A DNA stretch of 64,000 bases, taken from Thermodesulfobacteriota bacterium. GTDB taxonomy: Bacteria; Desulfobacterota_D; UBA1144; Nemesobacterales; Mycalebacteriaceae. The number at the start of each line of letters is the position of its first letter. The stretch's first letter is position 1. This document shows positions 13,401 through 19,900 of the stretch, piece after piece. The DNA is taken from assembly GCA_965205855.1 (NCBI GenBank), contig OZ242184.1, forward strand, positions 512,001 to 576,000, read 5' to 3'. The position numbers were made by a program, and so were the translations under genes. The notes under the pieces are model-generated. The model ran no database searches, was not told the DNA's origin, and saw only the letters and a program-made list of their open reading frames with translations.

Positions 13401-13857
13401 GGTGAATGATGACGATATGACGTACAGTGTTGGCGGTGGAATGCGTTTTGAAACCGAGGTGGGTTTGAGCGGTTCTGTGGAGGGTCAGCGTGAGCTGGGT
13501 CGTGAAGCGGTAGAGCAACGGCGCTTTGTGGGCGCGTTGTCTTACGGTATTGCTGTGGGCAGGAATGGGAGAGCGGGGACTGTGACGCCGTCTGTAGGTA
13601 TTAATCACGCATCCGGGGATGATGTGTCCGCAGAGGGATTGTCACAGGCATACGTGCTGGAATACACCACGAGAGGTGGAGGCCACAGTATTAGTTTTGA
13701 GCATGACAGGTCGGAAGAGGAGGGAGCGCGTTCCGGTCTGGGTTATCGTTACGGAGCAGAGATTATGCCGGGATTGAACTTGGAGGCAACAGTGTCGTCC
13801 CCGAATGTTGAAAAACGTGAGGTTAAGGGATTTGTTGGCATGAAACTCCGGTTTTAA
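1..13857 (+). CDS. Giant Ig-repeat adhesin/autotransporter, gene 1 (5'-truncated by window edge)
   Basis: Open frame of 4618 codons from base 1. The GTG at 1 is an internal Val: the same DNA is mid-gene at 7726 and 60070. Contains cadherin-like, Calx-beta, He_PIG, PKD-like and 11 DUF5011-like modules, then an autotransporter-like barrel ending in Phe. Confidence 0.92.
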   Translation: MSGGPIITDSRGQTPTPTEGQRLEAATGTITDARGSFSYQWTANRVAISGADRARYTPTQAEVGKMIRVIVSYTDTQSANRRLTSIPVGPVVNVNDAPTGVPIIAGIPTQGRTLTADTSGIEDEDGLNRAVFTYQWNTRVRGTDTAIDGATASTYTLSQSEVGERITLSVGYTDDENMDEGPLTSVSVGPVSNANVRPTGEVTIDGTPTEGETLTANTDAIEDEDGLSRAVFTYQWNTRVGGTDTAIDGATASTYTLSQSEVGERITLSVGYTDDENMDEGPLTSVSVGPVSNVNDAPTTSGLAVTTDEDIAYTFGLADFSFTDVDTGDSLEQVRIDTLPDAGSGNLTLNNTAVTAMQEIAVGDITNLVYTPAANVNGAATFTFSVSDGTAFSAFATATVTVTAVNDRPTGSVTITGTATEGTTLTANTDGISDADGPDTLTFSYQWLSGFSPIAGANGSTYILTPADVGQFISVAVRYTDANNMTHSVSSAPFGPVIVAGTVTVSIAPPGAAVDEGDPATFTVTLSGSPTDEVVVNYATSPDTAVAADFTDTSGTLTFAANASGAALSQDISVPTTDDSETEGDETFTLTLSANTASPLPAGVTLDTTTAQATIAANDAPVNSPPTTSDLTVTTNEDTDYTFAASDFPFTDTDMDDSLEEVRIDSLPASTSGSLALNGTAVAVDQVIAVADIPTLVYTPVTNVNGDATFTFSVSDGTAFSATPATATVSVTAVNDAPTITGTPATMVMQGVAYSFMPDGADVDTGDTLVYAITNMPSWANFDAATGALTGTPQSTDVGTTTGIIISVTDNNIAAPVELPAFDIEVTATPNSPPTTSDLMVMTDEDTDYTFAASDFPFTDTDMDDSLEEVRIDSLPDSGSLTLGGTEVNEGQAIAVADIPTLVYTPVTNVNGDATFTFSVSDGTAFSATPATATVTVTAVNDASTGSVTITGTPQVGETLTAETGGISDADGLTNVTFAYQWLEDGGNLTGEASPTLALTSAHLGTDIEVRVSFTDNAGNNETLTSSSVNIGAAGTVNSPATGELRIFGTPRVGETLRAFPLRIADTDGLGDFSYQWLANGVDLTGENSRTLDLTSAHQGAAIAVRVSFTDDAGNDESLTSDSVTIEAAPPTAVIAPIDPALLLTENGVEGVDGGIAITLDGSGSATNPPGGTLTYAWTELTRTGIALTGAATAMLSFTTPARAELAERLVFRLTVTDTASNSTGTRVIGVTVLPAMVEPLVAVAGPDQTVATGAMVTLDGSASTGPGTLSYNWAQSIIPGAAPIQLDNFGSAMPVFTAPNVTTTRNLEFRLQVMASGLSSNFDEVTITVVGVPNISASVNSLIAPIGVAIEPITITSTDGGTVASYSIAPAIGNGLSFDESTGTISGTPDAAAAEVVYTITAENVSGTDTVEVAITAPDGNLPPVANAGTDRTVRPALNSVVELDGSASFDPEGGALIYAWTQNGTPDVGLTEENTATPRFTLTQALLDQLAGEPTLNFSLTVTDAANEASVSDSVDIRFDMTPPVISLNGDSSVSIVEGGTYTDAGATAMDAVDGNITARITTTVAYNDDTITMPSADGNDPNSVPDVDTNTPGIYTIIYRVADAAGNTATPLIRAVRVLDGSAPVITLLGEAEITIAADTAYTDARATATDAVDGDVSGEITAAIVYDNNTADTGDDETVTAVDTARVGVYTITYNVEDAAGNAATAVSRRVTVEDRTAPVIDRNGPFRVSIGQGETYTDAGATATDAVDGDITTRITTTIVYNNNSSGTGDDITVTAVDTGRLGVYNITYNVTDTAGNAAAPRRRRVTVTPDRTAPVISLVGASMVSIEQGGTYTEAGATATDAVDGDVSGDITVSIVYNNNTSDDETDDETVNAVNTSRVGVYTITYRVTDDAGNDATAVERTVAVEDVTPPVINRLGAFRVSIEQGATYADAGTAATDNVDGDIGDRVSLSFVYNNNTPDPADNIAVAAVDTSRVGVYTITYNVTDVAGNAAVPRSREVTVEEGTAPVITLVGDSAVSIDQFATYTDAGATAMDATDGNITNRITATIVYNNNTAGTGDDETVNAVDTLRVGVYTITYRVADAAGNVATPVSRTVEVEDVTAPTISLNGDFSVSIAAGANYIDEGATASDHTDGDITSAIMATVVYNNNTDDETDDETVTAVDTGRVGIYTITYRVEDAAGNAATPVSRTVEVEDRTAPVISRNGPYRVSIEQGETYTDAGATATDNIDGNITDQITTTIVYNNNTANTGDDETVTAVDTSRVGVYTITYNLTDAAGNDAARVRRRQVTVTPDRTAPVISLLGDAEITIAADTTYTDAGATATDVVDGDVSGLITATIVYNNNTANIGDDETVTAVDTGRVGTYAITYNVSDAAGNDATPVSRRVTVEDQTAPVITRNGSFAVSIVAGANYIESATATDNIDGDITARITTTIVYNNNTANTGDDETVNAVNTGRVGVYNITYNVTDVAGNAATPVERRVTVADQTDPVISLNGLATVSIEQGAVYADAGARATDNIDGDITARITATITDSSGNAIAAVDTGTPGVYTITYRVADVAGNEAEVSRIVTVSGVPIITDSQGQTPTPTEGQRLAVATDTIIDAQGSFSYQWTADGVAISGANRARYTPTQAEVGKMIRVIVSYTDTQSANRRLTSIPVGPVVNVNDAPTGVPIIAGIPTQGRTLTADTSGIEDEDGLNRAVFTYQWNTRVGGTDTAIDGATASTYTLSQSEVGERITLSVGYTDDENMDEGPLTSVSVGPVSNANVRPTGEVTIDGTPTEGETLTANTDAIEDEDGLSRAVFTYQWNTRVGGTDTAIDGATASTYTLSQSEVGERITLSVGYTDDENMDEGPLTSVSVGPVSNVNDAPTTSGLAVTTDEDIAYTFGLADFSFTDVDTGDSLEQVRIDTLPDAGIGSLSLSGTAVTAMQEIAVGDITNLVYTPVANVNGAATFTFSVSDGTAFSASATATVTVTAVNDPPTGSVIITGTATEGQTLTANTDGISDADGPDTLTFSYQWLSGFSPIAGANGSTYILTPADVGQFISVSVRYTDANNMTHSVSSAPFGPVADNTPPIADAGDDQIVEKGATVTLDGSGSSDPEGANLTYAWEQTSGTPTVTLNDTSAQSPTFTVPDTITAGTAGTLNFTLTVTEASAGRLSSTDRVQVRIRPLFRDTVSDQTYIQNVAITDLQLPDALGQGETFTLVRAGSSTALPTGLTFNAETRTLSGTPEIIGTFDLTYTVTDRFGGTDTLEFSITITPNTPPIADAGDDQIVEKGTTVTLDGSGSSDPEGASLTYSWRQTGGPNATLNDVNAQSPTFTLPDRIRPGATTGVLIFTLTVTEVGAGGLSSTDSVRVLIRPLLQDTVSDQTYIRDVAITDLQLPDALGQGNTFTLVRDGSAPALPTGLTFNARTRTLSGTPTIIGTFNLIYTVRDRFGGTDTLEFSITIIPNTPPIADAGDDQVVEKGTIVTLDGSGSNDPDGSSLNYAWEQTSGTPTVTLNNTSAQSPTFTVSDTIATDDGILVFSLTVTEADTGLSSTADSVEIRIRPLLRDTVSNQTYIQNVAITDLQLPDALGQGETFTLVRAGSSTALPTGLTFNAETRTLSGTPEISGIFDLIYTVTDRFGGTDTLEFSITIIPNTPPIADAGDDQIVEKGTTVTLDGSGSSDPEGASLTYAWEQTSGTPTVTLNNTSAQSPTFTVSDTIATDDGILVFSLTVTEADTGLSSTADSVEIRIRPLLRDTVSNQTYIQNVAITDLQLPDALGQGETFTLVRAGSSTALPTGLTFNAETRTLSGTPEISGIFDLIYTVTDRFGGTDTLEFSITITPNTPPTSSGLAVTTDEDAEYTFAVVDFPFTDADGNSLQAVRIDSLPASGSLTLGGTAVNEGQEIAVANIPTLVYTPVANANGDVTFDFSVSDGADFSESSTAVLTIEASNDTATGLPTITGTANEGEVLTADVSGIEDIDGLPELSMFTYQWNTRVGSTDTPINNATTETYTPTEDEVGEFITVTVIFTDGGGTRESLTSESTMEVTDIVRVLTTDEALRLNAEPPTTDTTGSIIMLSTSEEVILDNANGEDFTVTSTLNGETIPHEVTDIRAGSIVLEVTPAIGFGSLIVVSYSPVQGSITGVNTGNPVVPFSISVNNAVRPLNEDLDREGRKTLLTHLAGVQSDLVISTVQNHLRALDGGNRVSVPRHAGVETEGEGKYVEYENVREMLSHLEFDLSLNSLMGSNEEWRKTGISSAGLESSTDLSSPRTLTLWGGGGETRLDNNYNTSGDDNRYDGRVWSYNTGLDYRPSESLTLGAAVGYLDSELTTTYNEGTYEEKMVSVSPYLLYESPWGLDISLFGGYGIGDVDLTGTFGQASTPFVAFTDSNLLFGAVRVSGAMKFLDNSLEVVPNVSLLGSRKRLEGYTDSSNREIGETTASVLRLTPGFEVSYRVKFSGVTLRPFASGGLIFDLLDTVNDDDMTYSVGGGMRFETEVGLSGSVEGQRELGREAVEQRRFVGALSYGIAVGRNGRAGTVTPSVGINHASGDDVSAEGLSQAYVLEYTTRGGGHSISFEHDRSEEEGARSGLGYRYGAEIMPGLNLEATVSSPNVEKREVKGFVGMKLRF
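4564..7725 (+). repeat. 11 tandem DUF5011-like Ig modules (gene 1)
   Basis: Repeated D.T.PVI.L.G...SI..G.TY.DAGATA.D..DG.I...VDT...G.YTITY.V.D.AGN motif, most with a YNNNT..TGDDETV loop insertion. Confidence 0.8.
9223..11496 (+). repeat. 4 tandem PKD-like + He_PIG di-domain units (567-570 bp)
   Basis: NTPPIADAGDDQ starts at 9223, 9793, 10363 and 10930; the last two units are almost identical. Confidence 0.9.
12170..12460 (+). other. SwmB-like Ig domain preceding the linker helix and barrel (also in genes 2 and 3)
   Basis: Pattern GSIIMLSTSEE...DFTVT...VLEV..AI..G..IVVSY.P....GNPV.PFS..V.N resembles SwmB-type repeats; recognised by eye only. Confidence 0.5.
12781..13854 (+). other. C-terminal autotransporter-like beta-barrel with ~100-aa extension (gene 1)
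   Basis: LWGGGG...YDGRVWSYNTGLDYR...LGAAVGY...SVSPY motifs typical of type Va translocators, amphipathic strands, terminal Phe. Confidence 0.85.
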
Positions 13858-13876
13858 AAACAAATTAAATTTATAG

Positions 13877-13905
13877 TTGCAAAATGTTCGGAAGAAGAAT
13901 AAAAT
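13877..13905 (+). promoter_or_regulatory. Putative sigma70 promoter of gene 2
   Basis: TTGCAA (13877-13882), 17 bp, TAAAAT (13900-13905), 18 bp before the ATG. Confidence 0.65.
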
Positions 13906-13923
13906 AACTTCTCAATAATAAAT

Positions 13924-16900
13924 ATGCCTGTCAAAAAACGACATATTAGTGACTTCATGTTAACTTGCCTGAGGGTGGTGGCTGGTTTCTGCGCGCTGGT
14001 GCTCTTCTCGCTGGGGCTATCGGCAACCGCGGCCCATGCAGTTCATGAAGTTCAAGGCTTCAGCCTCACCGGCACCCCCATCCAGGGTGGGACGCTGACG
14101 GTTACAGGCACTAATTTAACCTCCGGGCATCCCGGCGAAATCCCCGTCTATTCATGGAGGTATTTTACTGGTGCTCCGCTCTCCGAAACCTCCAACACCT
14201 ACCAGCTCACCCAGGCCGATGTGGGCAGATTTCTCATAGTGAGCGTCTCAACTGGGGATCAAACGAGAAGCCTCGGCACATTGGATGAGATAGTCAACAG
14301 CAATCTCCGGCCCACCGGCACGGTGCCCATCACCGGCAATCTGAGCGAGAATGAGACCCTTGGGGTGAATCTCTCCGGCCTGCGCGATGACGATGGCCTG
14401 CCCAACCGCTCAACATTTAGCTATCAGTGGTCTCGTTCCGATGCGGGTACTAATCTTGTTTCCATTAGCGGCGCCACCGGGCGCACCTACACCCTGACCC
14501 AGTCCGATGTGGGCAACCACATCACCCTGACCATCTCATATACCGACCGCGAGAACCGTCAGGAGACATACAGAACGACTACCTCAGGTCAGATAGCCAA
14601 TGTCAATGTCCCGCCCACCGGATTACCGGCCATTAGCGGCACCCGGACCGAGGGTCGGACCCTGACGGCCATTACCGATGCCATTGAAGATAGGGATGGT
14701 CTGGAAAATGCGGTTTTCACCTATCAATGGAATACGCGGATAGGAAGCACGGACACGCCGATTTCCGGCGCGACCCAGCGCACCTACATACCGACCCAGG
14801 CCGATGTCGGCCGGATGGTCACCGTGACCGTCCGCTACACCGATGATGAAAACAGTGCCGAGGGCCCCCTGACCAGCGCACCCACGACGGTGTTCGCTCA
14901 ACAACAAACAACGCGTGCTCTGAGCGCGACAGTAACGCCTCTTTCCATCACCCCGGGTGATGGTCCTGTGGAGATGTTTCCCGACTTGACCGTGATAGGA
15001 ACAATACCTAATTTAGTTCAAATAAGAGTCTTGAACCGGGGTGACTTGGTAAATGAAGATGCCGTGACCACCCCGTTCGTGCGCTTGCACGATCCGGTTG
15101 TGCCCGGGTTTAACTTTCAAGCCTCCCCCACCAACATCACCAGTGATAGTAGGGTATTCACCAGTTTTGCGCAAGAGCCACCGAGCCAAAACGCAGAGGC
15201 GTGGCAAACTTTGCTCCGGAGCGTCGCCTTTCAGGCACCGGCTGATACTGGCGGACGCAAGATTCAACTCAGAGTTGAGGCGTCTTACGATAATGGATCT
15301 TCCTACTTAAACATGCTGTCCCGAACCCTCAATATCGTGGGCCCCGCGCCCAACAACCCGCCCACATCAAGCGGGCTGGCGGTCAGCACGCCTGAGGACA
15401 CCCCCTATACCTTTGAGGCGGACGACTTTCCCTTTACCGATGCCGACACTGGCGATAGACTGCAACGAGTGAGCATCAATGACCTGCCTGCCAGAGGCAC
15501 CCTGACCCTCGGCGGCGGAGCAGTGCTCGCAGGGCAAGTGATTAACGTTACCGCTATTCCGACTCTGGTCTATACCCCGCCGGAAAATGCCAACGGTGAT
15601 GACATCTTCACCTACAGCGTCTACGACGGCACCACCTTCAGCACCGCCACTACCATGGCAACCATCACTATCAACCCGGTCAATGACCCGCCCACCGGCG
15701 CGGTGACCATCGATGGCATGCCGGCCCAGAATCAGACCCTGACTGCGGTAACCGATGCCATTGTCGAACCCGATGGTCTGGAAAATGCGGTTTTCACCTA
15801 CCAATGGAATACGCGGGTCGGGAGCACGGACACGCCGATTAGCAACGCGACCTCCGAAACCTACACCCTGACCCAGGGCGATGTGGGCGAGATGATCACC
15901 GTGACCGTGCGCTATACCGATGCCGGGGGCGAGGATGAAGGGCCGCTGACCAGCGCGCCCACAGAGGCGGTGGCCAATGTCAATGACCCGCCTGTCGGCA
16001 CGGCAATTACGTTGCCCGTGCCGAGCGTGACGGGGGGCGCAGAGACGGTTGATTTGAATAGCATTTTTACCGACCCCGATGGCGATGCCCTGATATATAC
16101 CGCAAGCTCTGGTGATGAAAGCGTGCTCAGGGTGTCGGTGACGGACAGTACGTTGACCCTCATCCCGGTTACCAGAGGCACCGCAACCCTCACGCTCAGG
16201 GCCAATGATAGAAACGGGGGCAACGGCGAACTGAGGATTGTGGCAACGGTGGGCAATAGTCCGCCCATCATCCCGGAAATTGTGCTGCCGGTGTTTACCT
16301 CCTTCTCGGGAGAACAGGGACCCTTTGAGCTGAGCGACATTCCCAGGGGGGTGGACCCTGACGGCGATATAACGACCTACACCGTGGTCTCTGATGATCT
16401 TAACATCGCCGAGGGGATGATAGATGCGTCACACCCGCTATACAGGCTGTTTGTTACCCCGTTCGACATCGGTAACGCCAACCTCACCATCACGGCCAAT
16501 GATGGCAATGGCGGCACGGATACCCGGGTGGTTGCGGTGCAGGTGCTGGGGTTCAACCGGTCGCCTGTGCGCACGATGGTCGTCCCGATGGTGCCTGAGC
16601 TGAGTCTGCCGGCGGGGCCACAAGAGGTTGAACTGAGTGGCACTTATACAGACCCTGATGGCGATGATGATGCTTTGACTTATCAAGCGGTGTTTTTTGA
16701 CACGGAAGATCCGAACCCGGATTTCGAAGAAGAAGATGTGGTCACCTGGGCAGTCACGGGCAGTACGCTGACCCTGACCCCGGTGGGTCCTGGTACCCTC
16801 AGGCTCGGTATCCGAGCGCTTGATAGCCGCCTTCCGCCCGGCAGAGCCGGCGGGCTGATACTTCCCGTCACGGTGATTAACAGCCCGGTCAGTGGCAATG

Positions 16901-19900
16901 TGATTATTGATGGCGTCCCTGAACGGGACCAGACTCTGACGGCGGACACCTCCGGCATTAGCGATGCCGATGGCCCCGATCCCCTGCCATTCACCTATCA
17001 ATGGAATAGGAACAACGGAACCACGAGCGAGCCGATCCCCGGCGCAAACGAGGAAACCTACACTCTGACCGATGATGACGTGGGGAACAGCATCAGCGTG
17101 ACCGTCGACTACACCGATAGAGGGGGTACCGACGAGGGGCCCCTGACCAGTACGCTCACGGCGCAGGTCATTGGCACGGTGGCGGTTTCCATTGCGCCCC
17201 CTGACGCTCCCGTCGATGAGGGCGAAGACGCCACCTTCACGGTGACTTTATCGCATTCTACCGCGAATGACATCGTGCTGAACTATGCCACCTCGGTGGC
17301 GCCTGAGGACACGGCGGAGCAGAGCGATTTCATGGCGACGAGCAGCACCTTGACCTTTTCGCCGGGCGCGGCTCTGAGCCAGACCTTCACGGTATCGGTG
17401 GAAGACGATGAACTGGTGGAAGGCGACGAGACCTTCACGGCGACCCTGAGCGCGAACTCTGCCAGCCCGCTACCAGTGGGCGTTAGTCTGGCGACGGCGA
17501 CGGCCCAGGCGACCATCGCGGCCAACGGCACGGCGACGGTGTCGGTCATTAGCGGCGGCAATACTGTGCCCGAAGACCAGGACATCACCTTTGCCGTGCA
17601 ACTGTCGGGGGCTCCGGGATCGGATGTGGTGGTGAACTACACCGCTTCGGTCGAGGCCGGCGACACGGCGATGGCGAGCGATTTCACAGAAACCACTGGC
17701 ACGCTGACCTTCCCGGCGGGCACGAGCGAGTTGAGCCAGACTTTCACTGTGGGGGTGGTTAACGATAACCTGCCGGAAGACAACGAGACCTTCACGGTGA
17801 CCCTGAGTGAGAACCCTGACAACCCGCTACCGGCAGGGTTCACCCTGGACATGGACATGCAAACGGCACGCGGGACAATCGCGGCGAGCGATGAGGCGAC
17901 GATATCCCTCGCCGGGCCCAGAGACCCGGTGATCGAGGGTGAGAATGCCGTGTTCACCGTGACCCTGTCGGCCTCGCCTGTGGGCGATGGCTTGACGGTG
18001 GGCTTTAGCACCTCCATTGAGTCAGACGACACCGCCCAGGCAAATGATTTCACCGAGACCAGCGGCGCGCAGACCTTCTTCATGGGCACGAACGCCCTGA
18101 CCCAGACCATCGTTGTGCCGGTGACCGACGATAACGAAGTCGAGAACAGCGAGACCTTCACGCTAACCCTGATGAATGACGGCGACGGGGGTTCTGTCTT
18201 CCCGCCAGGTTTCATCCTCAACCCGTCGGCCAGCAGCGCCAAGGCGGCCATCGTGGGCAGAAATAATGCGCCCACCACCGTCGGGCTGGGGGCTTTGATA
18301 GACGAGGATACCTCCCATACCTTTGTGGCGGACGACTTCAACTTTACCGATGCCGACATGAGCGATATGCTGGAACAAGTGCGCATCGATAGCCTGCCCG
18401 CCACGGGCGACCTGACCCTGAACGGCACAGCGGTCAACGCGATGCAAGAGATTACCGTTACCGATATCGACAACGGCAGTCTGGTCTATACCCCGGCGGA
18501 CAATGTCAACGGTGCTTCGACCTTCGACTTTAGCCTCTCCGACGGCACTGACTTCAGTGAGTCCGCCGTGGCAACCATCCTCATTCGCGCGGTCAATGAT
18601 GAGCCCAGCGGCACGGTGACGATCAGCGGCACGGCCCGGGTGGGCGAGACCCTGATGGCGAACACCGGCGGCATCAGCGATGTCGATGGTCCCGATCCCC
18701 TGACATTCACCTACCAATGGAATACGCACTCCGGCGGCGTGGATACGGCCATCAGCGGCGCGAACTCTGCAACCTACACCCCGACCACGGGCGATGAGGG
18801 CGAGATGATCACCGTGACGGCCAGATTCACCGATGACGGTGGTATGCGTGAAAGCCTGACCAGCGCGCCCACGGCGGCGGTGGCGATGATGTCCCCGCCC
18901 CCGCCCTTGCCTGACCTGAGCGGCACCACAACGCCCCTTCCAGTCACGCCGGGGGGTGATGCGGTGGTGGTCTTTCCCGATTTGGTGGTGAGCGATGCAG
19001 ATGCAAACCCTGTAGTCATAAGAGTAAGAGTCGAGAACCCGGATGACTTGAATGCTGGCGATACCCTGGCCTTCAGCGGTACTCCGAATACGAGCGGGAT
19101 TCAGGTGCAGTTTTTTCCCGCCGCCGGAATTATAGGTACTTCTAATGATACATTGTTTGGCGGTTTTGCGTCCGGGACACCCCCAGGCGCAGATAGATGG
19201 CAGGGTTTGCTCAGGAACCTCACCTTTGCGGCACCCGCCGGTAGTGGCGGACGCGAGATTCGATTATTCGTTCAGGTGCGATACAGTCTTAGTGGTTCCG
19301 ACTCCTCCGACACCCTGACCCGAACCCTCAATATCGGCGCGCCGGCGGCCAACAGCCCGCCGACGGGGCTTCCGACCATCACCGGCACGCCCCGGGTGGG
19401 GGTGACCCTGACGGCAAACACCAGCGGCATCAGCGATGCCGATGGTCCCGATCCCCTGCCGTTCACCTATCAATGGAATACCCACGCCGGCGGCACGGAC
19501 ACGGCCATCAACAACGCGACCTCCGCAACCTACCTCCTGACCGCGGACGAAATGGGCGATCAAATCACCGTGTCTGTGCGTTATACCGATGCCGGGAACA
19601 CCAACGAAGGGCCGCTGACCAGCGTGCCCACGGCGGCGGTGGCGATGATGTCCCCGCTTGAACTGAGCGGGACGACAACGCCCCTTCCGGTCACGCCGGG
19701 GGGTGCTCCGGTGGCGATCTTTCCCGATTTGAGCATAGACACAGGGCGGCCCAATACCTTTAGACTAAGAGTCGAGAGTGCGGCTAATCTGAACTCTGGC
19801 GATGCGGTGACGCTCGCTGCTGCTGCGGAGAGGAGAAATTATGACATTTTATTTATACCCATCGCTAGTGTTGGTGCATCGCAAAACATAATAGTCGGCG

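Larger units (their letters stand above)
11750..13857 (+). repeat. ~2.1-kb constant 3' block, direct repeat with copies at ~24880-27006 and ~39690-41817
   Basis: Near-identical DNA in the three finished genes. Gene 1 lacks the 18-bp insert ttagcgccggttgtggga (LAPVVG) at ~12762. Identity between genes 1 and 2 extends upstream to ~11515/24645. Confidence 0.95.

Noticed and set aside
15037-15045. RGD integrin-binding motifs (here and at 29467-29475)
   Set aside because: A couple of occurrences in >20,000 G/D-rich residues is expected by chance, and they are not conserved in paralogous copies.
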